From: Felis catus
Lineage: Eukaryota
Length of the DNA stretch: 64,000 bases
Assembly: GCF_018350175.1 (NCBI RefSeq)
Contig: NC_058383.1
Location: 12,836,001 to 12,900,000, forward strand
Direction: 5' to 3'
The notes beneath the pieces were generated by a model, which made no database searches, was not told the origin of the DNA, and saw only the letters and a list, made by a program, of their open reading frames with translations. The position numbers and the translations under genes are program-made. Positions 51,957-63,814 of the stretch are shown here, piece by piece (position 1 is the first letter of the stretch; every line of letters begins with the position of its first letter).

Positions 51957-52301
51957 TGGGGGTTCTTAACATTGGGTTAAGGGCCTCGAAGATAGTGTTT
52001 AAGAATGAGGAGATATTTGCAGAATTTCAGGAATTTGTAAACAGTTTCAAAAACATTCAGTATTAACCTTTATATATTTGGGAAACTGTAAAAGATCTAT
52101 TGTTTTGAAAATATTTATCATAGAGACATAAGAGTACAAGATTGTCTTGGCACATGAAATTTGGTTTGTAATGGCTTAAGAATTAATATACATGTCCCCG
52201 TATTCAAATTTTAATGCCTGCATGTATATTCTGTAAAGAACATCATAGCTTTTGTAAGATTCTCAGAAATGGCTGACTCAGAAAAAGTGAAGAATTAACT
52301 G
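51957..52301. mobile_element. Old hAT-Charlie non-autonomous element
   Basis: ggggttcttaac 5' end, catagcttttgtaagattctcaga..aaaagtgaagaattaactg 3' end; flanks atctagaa/gtctggag resemble the NTCTAGAN Charlie target. Confidence 0.55.
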
Positions 52302-52651
52302 GTCTGGAGTACTGGTTCTCAGATGTTTGAACTCAACCCAGTTAGGTAGGGCAGAAATTCCTTATATCACCCTCCCCATTCAGCATCAGTATCAGCAAAT
52401 ATTAGTATGAGCCATATGTACTTTTTATTTTATAAAGCAGTATCCCATAAGCTTAAAAATGTAATTTTATTGGACTTGTCTTGATAGTAGATAGTAAGAC
52501 CATAAAACCACAAATGAAGATTTACTGTACAAGTAATTTTTTTGGAGGTGGCTTGTTATGTATATATATCTCTACTTTAGCTGTATATGTATCTATTTAC
52601 GGTATCTCCACATTGTGAGATTAACCAGATTATCTTCAACAAATCAAATTT

Positions 52652-52870
52652 TTTTTTTTTATATTTTTTAATGTTTATTTTTGAGAGAGAGAGAGAGACA
52701 CCACAAACGGGAGAGAGGAAGAGAGAGAGGGAGACACAGAATCTGAAACAGGCTCCAGGCTCTGAGCTGTCAGCACAGAGCTCGACACGGGGCTTGAACC
52801 CACAAACCATGAGATCATGACCTGAGCCGAAGTGGGATGCTCAACCTACTGAACCACCCAGGTGCCCCCC
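52652..52870 (-). mobile_element. CanSINE
   Basis: TSD aacaaatcaaattt at 52638 and 52872. Confidence 0.95.
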
Positions 52871-53416
52871 TAACAAATCAAATTTCTAACGGTAAAACTG
52901 AACTGATAGTAGTTTATAATTGAAAATATAGTATAAGAATAGTAGTATTACAAACTATGATTGACTCAAGACAGCACTGATGTTACAGTGACTTCTAGAG
53001 TACAGTGTGAGCTTTGAGAGTTGTAGTGTTGGTGTGTGAGCGTGCCAGTACTTGGCAGCATCGTAGAGTAGCCTGAGTACTTGGGACACCCCGTTTCTAG
53101 TTCTTTGCATACTCTGGCAACTTGCTGATTTTAATTTGTCAAAATGGATTTCACGAACCTTCTAACTCACTTATTAGGGAACTACTAAGAAGCTCTTGGT
53201 CATATTAAAGAAGATGTGAATTGCACATTTGCCTTTGAGAACTTAAGAAAGGTGTGTAGGTTTATAGATAAGTTATAGATCTTAATAAGAGTTCTTCTAT
53301 GGTTACAGGCCCCTACTTTAAGGAACACCAGTCTACCAGGTCAATTTGTAGTTGCAAGTAAATGATAACTAGGTAGTTTGAGGGTTAATATCCAGGAGAC
53401 TATCCAAATAAAGGCT

Positions 53417-53490
53417 CTTCCTTCCTTCCTTCCTTCCTTCCTTCCTTCCTTCCTTCCTTCCTTCCTTCCTTCCTTTTTTTTTTTTTTTTT
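53417..53490. repeat. (CTTC)n tetranucleotide microsatellite plus poly-T
   Basis: Direct reading; pure homopyrimidine tract. Confidence 0.96.
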
Positions 53491-54350
53491 AAAGATCAAC
53501 CTAAATGCCTCTGATAACCAGATACCCTTTCTTTTCAAATACTCCTTTATTTACCAACCCCGTTGAGCCTGGCCCTAAAGTAAGATCAACAGCTGTGCGT
53601 GACTGTTTTTTTCCCCTCTCCTTTGCTGTGCTCCTCCTATCACATTGAAATACCCTGGCACTTTCTTCCCTTTTTGAAAACACAAAAGAGGATTAGGCCA
53701 TATAATGGACTATTTATGTGTCAAATTAAACGTTTTACTCTGAGGCTGTTTTTGAGTTATGTGAGCAGTAAAAATATGTATTAAGCTGCCAAGCCTTTTA
53801 AAAAATGCATATTATTTAGCTGATAGCCTGTAACAGTCTGATGGACCCATAATGGTGTTTTGAGTAAATACACATTTGAACAATTTATGAAACTTATGTT
53901 TACATGTGTATTAAACAGCCTGGGTAGGGAGTGACCAAAAGTTATTACCAGTTGACAGCTGCTGTCTGGTGACCAATTTGAAATGAATTGGTGGATTCCC
54001 TTTAGTGTGGAGTAAACAGGTTTCCCTGTCAGGGGAACAGGCTGTGTAATCATCAGTGTGTGAGGTCCTAGCGCTGGAGGTCTGCATGTTGGTTGAATGA
54101 GGCACTAGAGGAAAACGTTTCAGCTCCATAGTGAGCCACACCTTGGATTCACCTGTATGGTCTATTTTATTTCATTTTGTATCTTGAACTGTATAATTAT
54201 GTTCACAGAATATAGGCAGAACAAAATATATTTGCAGAACAAAATATTCTGTCCTTGGGAAGAGGGACCATGTTTATTTCTTTGGCATCTACTCTCTAGT
54301 GTAGTGATCCTGAAATTTATGATTGTGTGCCTCTATCAGTAATAGTTCTT

Positions 54351-54375
54351 AAAATATTTTTTAAATGTTTTTATT

Positions 54376-54424
<49 letters not shown>

Positions 54425-54607
54425 AAGACAGAGACAGAGCATGAGTGGGAGAGGGGGCAGAGAGAGAGGGAGACACAGAATCTGAAGCAGGCTCCAGGCT
54501 CTGAGCTGTCAGCACAGAACCTGATGTGGGGCTCAAACTCATGAACTGTGAGCTCATAACCTGAGTCAAAGTTGGACGCTTAACCGACTGAGCCACCCAG
54601 GTGCCCC
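54351..54607 (-). mobile_element. CanSINE with long (GA)n
   Basis: TSD agtaatagttctt at 54338-54350 and 54608-54620; (GA)n about 54379-54422. Confidence 0.96.
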
Positions 54608-54917
54608 AGTAATAGTTCTTTTTATATTTGTTCACTTCTAAATTGTATAGATATTTATATACATATGTTGTATATATTTGTGTATATATTAACATATGAA
54701 TGTGTATATTTGTATATATATTTATACATATAAAGCTAACACAAAAATAGAAGTTTAATGGAGACAAAAGAGTAAGTACACATAGATGATCTGAATTTCT
54801 TTTTGTGCCTGAATGAGTCCTCTTGAGCACCCCTGGATTTCATACACCTTGCACTGGAGGTGAAGGCTTGTGTCTTGATACCTTTGGGTGGCGGAAAGGG
54901 CATGATGCATTGTGAGG

Positions 54918-55329
54918 TGTTAACGTTAAAAATAAAAGGTATTTTATCAGCAAAAATGGGTTTATTCAGGAACAAGAGAATTGTAATTCAGGACAAGCAA
55001 GCTATGGCAAGCCCATAGGTAAGTCCTACAGAGAGAAATGTTATTTTATGGAGAAGAAGGAAGGAATTGGGAGGTGTTGTTTTAAAGGAAAGTCCCTTGG
55101 AGAAAACCAAGAGTTCAGGGTTTTGATGGTTTCTCATTGGTTGAGTTGCAGAGGTGGTCAGTTTCTTATAGGAGATGCAATATGTTCTGTACCTCTTTCT
55201 CTGTTGGAGCCTGTAATTGACAATTCCTTCTGTAATTGACATGGAGTGGTATGGCCCACCCTGCCAGCCTCCCCTTCCTGAATCCCTGGTCCACTTTAGT
55301 GAGGTTTCTTCTTACTGATTCTCAAAACA
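54918..55329 (-). mobile_element. Probable ERV solo LTR
   Basis: TGTT..AACA ends, about 410 bp; on minus strand CCAAT (55136-55140), A/T-rich TATA-like boxes, then AATAAA (54961-54966); aggtgt at both junctions. Confidence 0.6.
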
Positions 55330-55469
55330 GGTGTGACTTGGGCATGATATTCATAAACTTGGGCAAGTCTTTTAACTACCTTGAGCCCTTGGGCCCTCAT
55401 CTGTAAAATACATGGGGCTGCCCATGGGGCTATCCTAAAGATTTCTTATAGTAAATGTCAGGTATCCAC

Positions 55470-55735
55470 TTAAGTGCTTGCCAGAAAGTCACCTCCTCAG
55501 AGAGACTTTCCCTGAATGTGTGTACAAATAGTTCCTTCCACTATTCAGTTATTCTGTAATGCCTACTCTGCTTTACTTCTATTAATTTTTTATCATATGA
55601 ACTCATTGTTTTCTCTTTACTGAATTGGAAGCTATTTGAGGGGAGAGACTTTTTTTCCTGTTTACTCTTGCATCCATAGCTCAGACAACAAAGCATGACA
55701 CACAGTAGGTACTCAATAAATATTGGTTGAAAGTT
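55470..55735 (+). mobile_element. L2 3' end
   Basis: gtcacctcctcagagagactttccctga..tttgaggggagagact..acacagtaggtactcaataaatattggttga. Confidence 0.8.
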
Positions 55736-57054
55736 CAATATTGGTCACTTAGTAAGTTGATTAATAAAGAGAGGCTATTATTGCTTTCACTGAGTGCCAC
55801 ACATATAGCAGATGCTCTGGGATAGGATTAATGATGCTCTATGAATGATTGCTCTCAAGTGGGATCCAAGGCCGGAAGTATTTTTCCTATAGGAGGATGG
55901 ATTTTTTTTTTTCCCCCTCCATTACAGCCAGCATTTTTCGGGCTGAGGTTAGAAATGAAGTTTGTAACCCTGGATCTGGGCCAAGTGAACTGACCCCTGT
56001 GTGGTTCTGATGCCTCACCTTGGCCTCATTAACTCCCTGCGGTGACCCAGTGTGCCATCTAGCTGAGGACCAGGCCAGTGGTGACAGCAGCCATGTGGAT
56101 GTGCCTCAGGGAGGGCAGTGGCATTGCCAGTCACCCCTAGTCCACCTGGAAACCACCTTCTGACCTGTAGAAAACTGCTTCCAGGGGAAAGGCAGAGTAT
56201 TGCAGAGTCTTGTGCCTATTCCAGGTCTGTCGAGAGAACAAACAATTTTTAGCATGGTTGAGAGAGGGGGATGGAAGAGAAAGAACCACGTCTTTAGAGG
56301 ACACTTTTCTTGGCTGCTCTTTGCAGTGAAGAGTTGTTATAGAAACACCTGTCATTTTAAAAACTTCTCATATTTAAGGCCACACTTCCAATAGGGCTAT
56401 GAAATAAAGGCATGTGAAGTATCCTACAGTGCTGATGTAATTGGAGACCTGAATGAATAGAAGGTTGGGAAGTGCTAACATGTATGGGCCATTACATATG
56501 CAGTTCAGTAGCGTGCAAACATTAAAAATAGCATTTCTTGATTCCTTATGTTTTTCTACTTGGTTCTTATCTGTTATTTTTGTAGTGGATTGGGATATGT
56601 GTTCAAGTTTTACTAAAAAGAGAGATGGAGAAATATTTCCGGGGATCAGCTGATACAGCTCTGAATGTGACCATTTTAAAGGGTCATGATAGATATCACT
56701 CTGGGTTGTGTTGTAGGTGAGGAGTGGGGGATGGTTTCTTTATCTTCTTTTGGTCTGCATTCTCCAACAACCCACTTATTAAAGGAAGTTTGTGCTGTGC
56801 AAAGTGAACTAAGAATAATATTCCAGGCTTGGGTGAAAATTTACATACAACAGTCTTATAATGATACCCTGGAACTTCTGCCATTCAAGAGTTTGGTGGG
56901 GAATGCCCTGCCCGATGGGCCTTTTTTTTTGAAGATGATCTCCCTCAAAGTTAGTTTAAAAACATCAGAATCCTTCTCACTTTAACATAGAAAGGTATTT
57001 TTTTTCCTTGTGACATTTTAAAGGGATGTGGTAGATGGAAATGATGGGGAAATC

Positions 57055-57280
57055 ATTGTACCATGAAAAAAGTGAGAGGCTTGGAGTTGTATAAACCCTA
57101 ATACAAACCTTGACTGTGCCAGTAATGATTTGGTGCTGTCATGAGTGAGTTACTTAAATTAAGCTCACGAGCCTCCGTTTCTTCATCTGAAAAATGGAGA
57201 TATTTATTTCATACAGTTGTGGAGACTTGAACAACAGGATGTGCTTGGTGTATTTTTGACGTTCAATAAATGTAGCAGCT
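57055..57280 (+). mobile_element. MIR
   Basis: gagttacttaa..gagcctccgtttcttcatctgaaaaatggagata..ttcaataaatgtagc. Confidence 0.7.
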
Positions 57281-57807
57281 CATCTCTCCCTTTTGGGGGT
57301 AAAGCCACAGGAAGTTTTTGGTGAATAATTGAGGTCCTCGGTGCTAAGGGGAAATTTAACTCATGCTTTTTTGTACAGACATGGGATTATAGAAATAAAA
57401 GAAAAGGGGGTAATTTTATTCCTTTGGCCATATGCGTTAGCAGCACTTTTCTTGGCTTTTGACAACATCAAAATAAAAAAAAAAAAAGACTCATGCTGCC
57501 TGTGTGTGTGTGAGTGTGTGTGTGCGTGTGCATGTGTTATTTCTGGCTGTTAATATAATTCATTGCTTGTCGCAGGGACTGGAACCTTTCACCCCTGAAG
57601 ATTCTTGCAATTTCATGTGCTAATCCAACTGGAATTGTATCTCACAGACCCAGAGAGTGTTGGTGTCAGAGGAGATGCTCTGGTGCAGGAACTCAAAAGA
57701 GGAAAAAGGCAAAACTTAGAGGACTTGGGATTTGCTCAGAGTTGTGCAGCTAGTTAGTGACAAAGCTGGCGTTGCCGCAGATCGTATTTGCTCCTCATTG
57801 CTCCAGT

Positions 57808-57945
57808 CCTGGGGTTCTGCAAGCCGTGTTTACCAGACCAGCAGCAGCACCTGGGAACTTATAGGAAATGCTCATTTTTGCCCCCACTCCCCACTTTAAT
57901 AAGCCTTCAAGGTGGTTCTGATGACCACTAAAGTTTGAGAACCAC
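57808..57945. mobile_element. MER5A remnant (internally deleted)
   Basis: gaccagcagcagcacctgggaactt..gaaatgc..ggtggttctgatg..ctaaagtttgagaaccac. Confidence 0.7.
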
Positions 57946-58963
57946 AACTCTGGTTTTTATACTATTTGGCAGGGAGATTTTCTGAGTTTCATGGACAGCA
58001 CTAGGTCTTTATTTTACCTTTCAGATGTTTTCTCCTGCCACTTAGGTGTCTCCTTTTAAAACAGTTTCATCTTTGGTGATGGCTTCCTTACACTGAGGAG
58101 CGATTGCCGCAGGAACACTTCTGTGAAACTGTTGTTTGCTGCTCTTTTATTCCCTGCTGCCAAGTAGCGGTTCTGAAATTTGTCCATTGAAAGCAAGCCC
58201 TGCTTTCTGGGTCTCAACTCCTGGAGATTCTGGTTAAATGAAATGAAGATGGGGAGTCTTTAATATTTGAAAGCTGTCCAGGTGATTTTGATGCCCAGCC
58301 ATGTGTATGGAAAACTGCATTAGAGGAACAAAGGATCAGAATGCTCATTAAAGTCATTAGACGGTTTTCCTAAGTGGTACCGTTGACCTTTGTTGTTCTG
58401 TATTTGGGTGTTCAGTGGACAGGAGCTATCTAAAAGAGGTAATTATAGTTGCAGTGCTGACCCTCAAAGTTGAAAGTAGATTGAAATTCATTACTTAATA
58501 AGCTGTCCTCACTATTTCTAGTTTCAGTATAGGTATGGCAGGGAGAGATAAGATTACTTTTTCTTGCCTTACAAAAAGACAAATGTCTTTGAAAATAAAC
58601 AGGGTTTAAAACATATACTGTTTTTATAAAGCACAAAAATTTTGGGTGCATTCTGGGTACATTTTAAGCACTTCCAAGAAGTGGGTATCCATGGGAGAGA
58701 AGGTGGTAGCCTGTGTTTTGTCATATGCATATATTATTTCTTTGGCCAATTTAAATACATTAACAAACAATCTAATATTTGTGAGTTGACAGTATGGATG
58801 TAGTACCATATTATGTTATTTTTCAGCTTATTTTAGCTTATGAGATACAAAGCAAAGTACACGTTAACAGTTTGCAAAATCCTGCTCTGATATTTGATTA
58901 GGGTCAGGTCCTGATTTGGATGAATTTGATGACACTTGAGTCAGATCCAACCAAACATTGTAC

Positions 58964-59178
58964 TTTTTTTTCTTTTTTAATGTCTATTTTTTGAGAGAGA
59001 GAGAGAGAGGGGGATAGAGGATCCAAAGCAGCACTTTTCTTGGCTTTTGACAACATCAAAAGCCGACAGCAGAGAGTCTGATGCGGGGCTTGAACCCACG
59101 AACCATGAGATCACGGCCTGAGCTGAAGTGGAACGCTTAACCGACTGAGCTTAACTTACTGAGCCACCTAGGTGCCCC
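58964..59178 (-). mobile_element. CanSINE carrying a foreign insert and a 14-bp internal duplication
   Basis: Head ctaggtgcccc; body interrupted at 59027-59061; degenerate TSD caaacattgtacttt/cagacactgtccttt. Confidence 0.92.
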
Positions 59179-59217
59179 CAGACACTGTCCTTTTTAATAC
59201 TCATTTTTAAAAACAAA

Positions 59218-59420
59218 GGGCACCTGGGTGACTCAGTCAGTGTGTGAATTCAACTTGGGTCATGATCTCACGGTTGGTGGGTTCAAGCCCCGTATCACGC
59301 TGTCTGCTATAAGCACAGAGCCTGCTTTGGATACTCTCTGTCCCCTTCTCTCTGCTCCTCCACCCCACCTCTCAGGGGTGCGTGCACTCTCTCTTTCTCT
59401 TTCAAAAACAAATAAACATA
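59218..59420 (+). mobile_element. CanSINE (sense)
   Basis: gggcacctgggtgactcagtc head, ggtcatgatctcacggttggtgggttcaagcccc, (CT)-rich tract, aataaaca. Confidence 0.92.
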
Positions 59421-59542
59421 CCCCCTCCCCTAAGAAATATATTAACCAAGATATTTCACTGGGCAAATTAGCATTACATTAAAAAATCTATTCTTGTAAA
59501 ACTAGATTGATAGCAGAGATTAATAGGCGCGATGTAATTTTT

Positions 59543-59611
59543 ATAATATTTTGTCATACCTTAAAGAACCTGCTTTTTGATAATATTTTGTCATGCCTTA
59601 AGATCCTGCTT
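59543..59611. repeat. Imperfect tandem duplication, period about 37 bp
   Basis: ataatattttgtcataccttaaagaacctgctt vs ataatattttgtcatgccttaagatcctgctt. Confidence 0.9.
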
Positions 59612-60432
59612 CATTTTAAATGAAACATTTTAAAATCATTTTTTCCCACCGGTGGAATAAAACTAACATGTTTTGACCAAAATTACCCTAATTTTGAATA
59701 TTTTGAAATTAGGTATGGAAATTAGACAGTGCTAAGACTTCTTTTTTTTTTAAACCATAATTTAAGTGTGGTTTCTCTGCCAGCAGCTTCTGCATTATGA
59801 GCAGGCTTACAAAAGAAGAGGCCTCCTTGACTCTCAAGGTTTGCTTGTTTGCATTCTACAAATAGGAAGAGACCCTTTCTGGCATTTTGCCTTATAGGCC
59901 CTAGATGAAAATGTGTTATTACCCAAGCCAACAACAATTTTAAAATTGCTGGCCCTGACATTATAACAGATCTGTGGATAGTGAAGCACAAGCATCTGTC
60001 AGATCAAGTGTGAAAGTTTGCATTTCCGTATACTTTCTCCAATCCCAAGAACAAGTTTAGTTTTGCCATTCAGACAGACTTGAGGCTTCTAAAAATCTGT
60101 GCTGACTGGTGTGCACTGTGGCAGCCGCAGAGGGCCAGTTGGACCTTTGATCTTCTTGTCTGGGTCACCCCTCTTAGGGAAAGGTCAAGAGACTGAGAGA
60201 CCCTTCCCCAGGTTGGTTTCCTTAGTTATGCCATACTTTGTCAACAGCTGCCAACAGTGTCTGAGCTGGGCTTCTTTCCCTCCAAAACAGACTCCATTTA
60301 GGGCACAGAATTTTTTCAGACTGGTGTAAGGTTTTTACAGAGTAGCAACAGGGTAATTAGGCTCATTGATGTCACCATGTGAAAACCTCTTCTTTAAACA
60401 TTCTGAATGTCCTTACCCACATGTCTAAATGT

Positions 60433-60635
60433 AGGTTTAAGAAATTTTTTTTTAAAGTTTGAGAGAGAGAGAGAGGTAGGGGAGGGGCAGAGAGAGAAGG
60501 AGAGGGAAAATCCCAAGCAGGCTCCATGTTCAGTGTGGGGTCCAACGCAGGGCTTGATCTAATGAACTGTGAGATCGTGACTTGAGCCGAAATCGGGAAT
60601 GGGCCACTTAACTGATTGAGCCACCCAGGTGCCCC
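60433..60635 (-). mobile_element. CanSINE
   Basis: aatcccaagcaggctcc..gagatcgtgacttgagccgaaatc..gccacccaggtgcccc; flanking taaatgt repeat. Confidence 0.93.
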
Positions 60636-61119
60636 TAAATGTGTCTTTTAGAAATGCTAACAGATAACCTGGAATTCTTAAGACTGCCTAACCATGTAAA
60701 GAAGGAACGAAGACTTTCCCGAATGTCTTTTAGTTGTTTCAATTGGAGATACATGAAGAATGACCTCCATTCTGCCTAAGGAGTCTGACCTTCTTGTCAC
60801 TGCATGTAACATTAATTTCTTAATGTGTCCAGTGTGTAAAAAGGATTTTTTTCCTACTGTTTTAGCTGTTGGCCTGACTTTTGCATTTTCATTGGTAAAA
60901 TATGTAGGTCTGTGCTTTGAGTTGAAAGGCATAGATTAGTAAACATCCCTGAACCAGCATGGCATATGCAGTTAACAGTCACAGAAAACACTGCTCATGG
61001 TTAGTTAATATGTAAACTTTTATTTCCAACATCTAAAAATTGTTCAGAGTTATCTTTAGTTGTCTGACTTCTGAGGGGTGGTTAGGAAGGTATAGCATAT
61101 ATCTTTAGGCAGAAACTGA

Positions 61120-61309
61120 CAGTGATTCTCAAACTTCATTGAACATCAGAATTACCTAGAGAGTTTATTGAAATGCAGATTGCTGGACCTCACCCCTGGT
61201 TTCTGATTCAGTGGGGGTGGGGGTGTGGCTGGGGGAGCAAGATTTTGCTTTACATGTTGCCAGGTAATGCCACTCCTGGTGATCGAGGAATCTACTGTGA
61301 GAATCACTG
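61120..61309. mobile_element. MER5A MITE
   Basis: TIRs cagtgattctca / tgagaatcactg; internal catcagaattacct, cagattgctgg, tttctgattcagt. Confidence 0.85.
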
Positions 61310-61774
61310 CTTTAGGATGTAGATCTCACACTCTTTTTTGCCAGGAAAAGACAGCTGAATTGCAGAGGGGCCCTGTTCTTTCCTCCTAAGCATTGCCTCT
61401 TCTAAGCAAACATTAAAGGAAGATTTATATACCGCATCTATGTGGTCATGCACTGAGCTAGGTGCATAGGGCATAAATAAAATGGCCTCTGTCCCTGGGA
61501 ACCTCACAGTTTAGAGAGGGGATTAACATAAGAAAGTCTGCAGTCCTGATCCTTAGACTTGCTGTGGTGGAGATGTCAGGGGGTGGATCAGCTCTCTAGA
61601 TTTGCCAGGAGGGGTGGTCTAAGCTGTTTTTAGAGCACCTCAGTTTTATTCCTGTGGGTGTGAGTGAAAGAAACAAGAATGTTCTGCAGCAAACCATTTT
61701 GTTCACTCTCAGATGAGCTCCCTGTTTTGACTCCCTGGGCGGGCGTCCTACACTATATATTCAGGACCTCCAGG

Positions 61775-61798
61775 ATTGTCATTGTCATTGTCATTGTC
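61775..61798. repeat. (ATTGTC)4 hexanucleotide repeat
   Basis: Four perfect units. Confidence 0.93.
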
Positions 61799-62384
61799 AG
61801 CTCTCCACCCCCAGCTTTTGTAGAAGGCCCCTCCTACTCTCCCTTTTCCTTTTCCTTTTTAAAATTACAATTTCAGATACTGTCCACTGTGGCAGCAGGA
61901 TTTGTAACAAGACCAAGTTAAGTGATCTTGGTTGAACTGATTTATGAGACAGCTTCAAAAATTCATGAGGCACCAGGGGAACTTTCTGTAGCTCCCTCAG
62001 CATGCAGCATTTCCCTTCACCTCTTCACGTAGATCAGACATTTTGTGATAGTGCAGCAGTTTGAAGCGGAGACTTCTAGATCATGGCCCTGCTGATTAAG
62101 ACACTAAGACACTCCTGAGGAGTGAGGGGAGGGAGAGCTGAAGCCCTTGTTTCCCTAACTCTGGGCATTGACTTTGGGTAAACCAGTGAAAACCTGGTAA
62201 CTACAGTTGTGGATAGAACTGTCCAGAGCAGGGTTTTCTCCATGGGTGATCTGCTGTGTCCTTCTAGTGTTATGAAGGAAGATCTTGGTCCATTAATAAT
62301 AGTCCCACAATCTTAAGCGCAGTGAAATGAAGTATGTGTGCAAGTGTATGTGTGTATGTGAAAGAAAGAAATCAAGCAACACAT

Positions 62385-62579
62385 GGGGCGCCTGGGTGGC
62401 TCAGTCGGTTAAGCGTCTGACTCTGGGTTTCAGCTCAGGTCATGATCTTGTGGGAGCCCCACATGGGGCTCTGTGCGGGCAGTGCAGAGTCTGCTTGGGA
62501 TTCTCCCTGTCCCCTTCCCTTTCTTCCCCTCCCCCACTCTGGCTGTCTCTCTCAAAATAAATAAATAAACTTAAAAAAA
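62385..62579 (+). mobile_element. CanSINE (sense)
   Basis: ggggcgcctgggtggctcagtcggttaagcgtc head; TSD aaatcaagcaacaca at 62369-62383 and 62580-62594. Confidence 0.96.
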
Positions 62580-63059
62580 AAATCAAGCAACACAGTTGTT
62601 CCTTCTTTCTGTGAAAGCCTTCTCTAGACAGGAACAAAGGATATGGCTAAAAGCAGTAACCGGTTACAGTGCCTTCCCCATTTTATTGATCGTTCATTTC
62701 TCGTCTCTGACCTTATTAGCTACTTATTGATCTACTAGAAAAGCAAATAATTTTCCCTTGATAGCACTTAGGTGAACTGGACTTTAATGACTTGTCTCCC
62801 AAAGGGTTTTTAAAAAAGTATTTACCTACTAAGTGGAAGTTGTCTACTATCTAATGTTATAATCTGTGAGCTTGGGGACCCTTTCTTGGGAGGATCAGTG
62901 ATGTCACAGGCTGGCCTCCTCATTTTGGCTACTCCTGTTAAGACACCACACATGCTCTGTGGACTGCTGTAATGGCCTTGTAGCACACAAAGTTTTGGAG
63001 TCGACACAAGGAGCATATGTGAGATCCCACGGGAGGTGACGTGTTGCTGAGTCAGTTCT

Positions 63060-63270
63060 TTTTTTTTTTTTTTAACTATTTATTTTAAAGTTTATTTATT
63101 TATTTTGAGAGAAAGAGAGAGTGCAAGTGAGGCAGGGGCAGAGAGGGAGTGGGACAGAGGATATGAAGCTGACAGCACAGAGCTTGATGCAGGGCTCAAA
63201 CTCAATGAACCATGAGATCATGACCTGAGCTGAAGTCAGATGCTTAACCCATGGAGTCACCCAGGCATGC
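63060..63270 (-). mobile_element. CanSINE
   Basis: TSD ttgctgagtcagttct / ttgctgagtccgttct at 63044 and 63273. Confidence 0.94.
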
Positions 63271-63814
63271 TTTTGCTGAGTCCGTTCTGATCAGTACCTG
63301 CCAACATGTCAAATAACTAAAGACAGCCAGAACCACTTTGTTGTTAATAAATTTTGTTTTGAGATTTTAATTCATGATTTTGGGCTTAGATTTGCTTACA
63401 AATAAGTTTTGAGTTCTTACTTGCTCTAAAAATGCTTAATTCTCTCCTATCTGTGCTTGGGGAGAGAGAGGTTTTGGATTTGGGGTAGATATGTGTCATA
63501 GGGAAGCAGAGTGGCACAGATAACATAGGAGGTAAAATGGTTTTCCCAGCATTGTAGGTGTCTTTGACTATGTTAGTTTTTTTATGTTTACATTTTCACA
63601 TTCCCATTTTACTGCTTTTGATTATACTCTTGTTGGTTAAGATTAAATTTGTGTGCATCTCCTAAGATTATATGCAATGTGAGGCATGATGTTGGAAGCA
63701 ATAGAAATAGAACTTGGAGAATGGTCCCTGATAATCCGTGAATAATATAATCCACGTAGAGGTAAAAGCAAAGATTGACTCTATAAATTGTGGGATTAAT
63801 GGGTGTTTTTGTCC

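Noticed and set aside
54336..54830. Longest ORF (164 aa)
   Set aside because: Runs through an AT-rich low-complexity tract, a SINE and a (CT)n microsatellite (SLSLSL).
62385..62460. tRNA-like A/B box sequences
   Set aside because: They are tRNA-derived SINE heads followed by (CT)n and poly(A); no intact cloverleaf or standalone tRNA gene.
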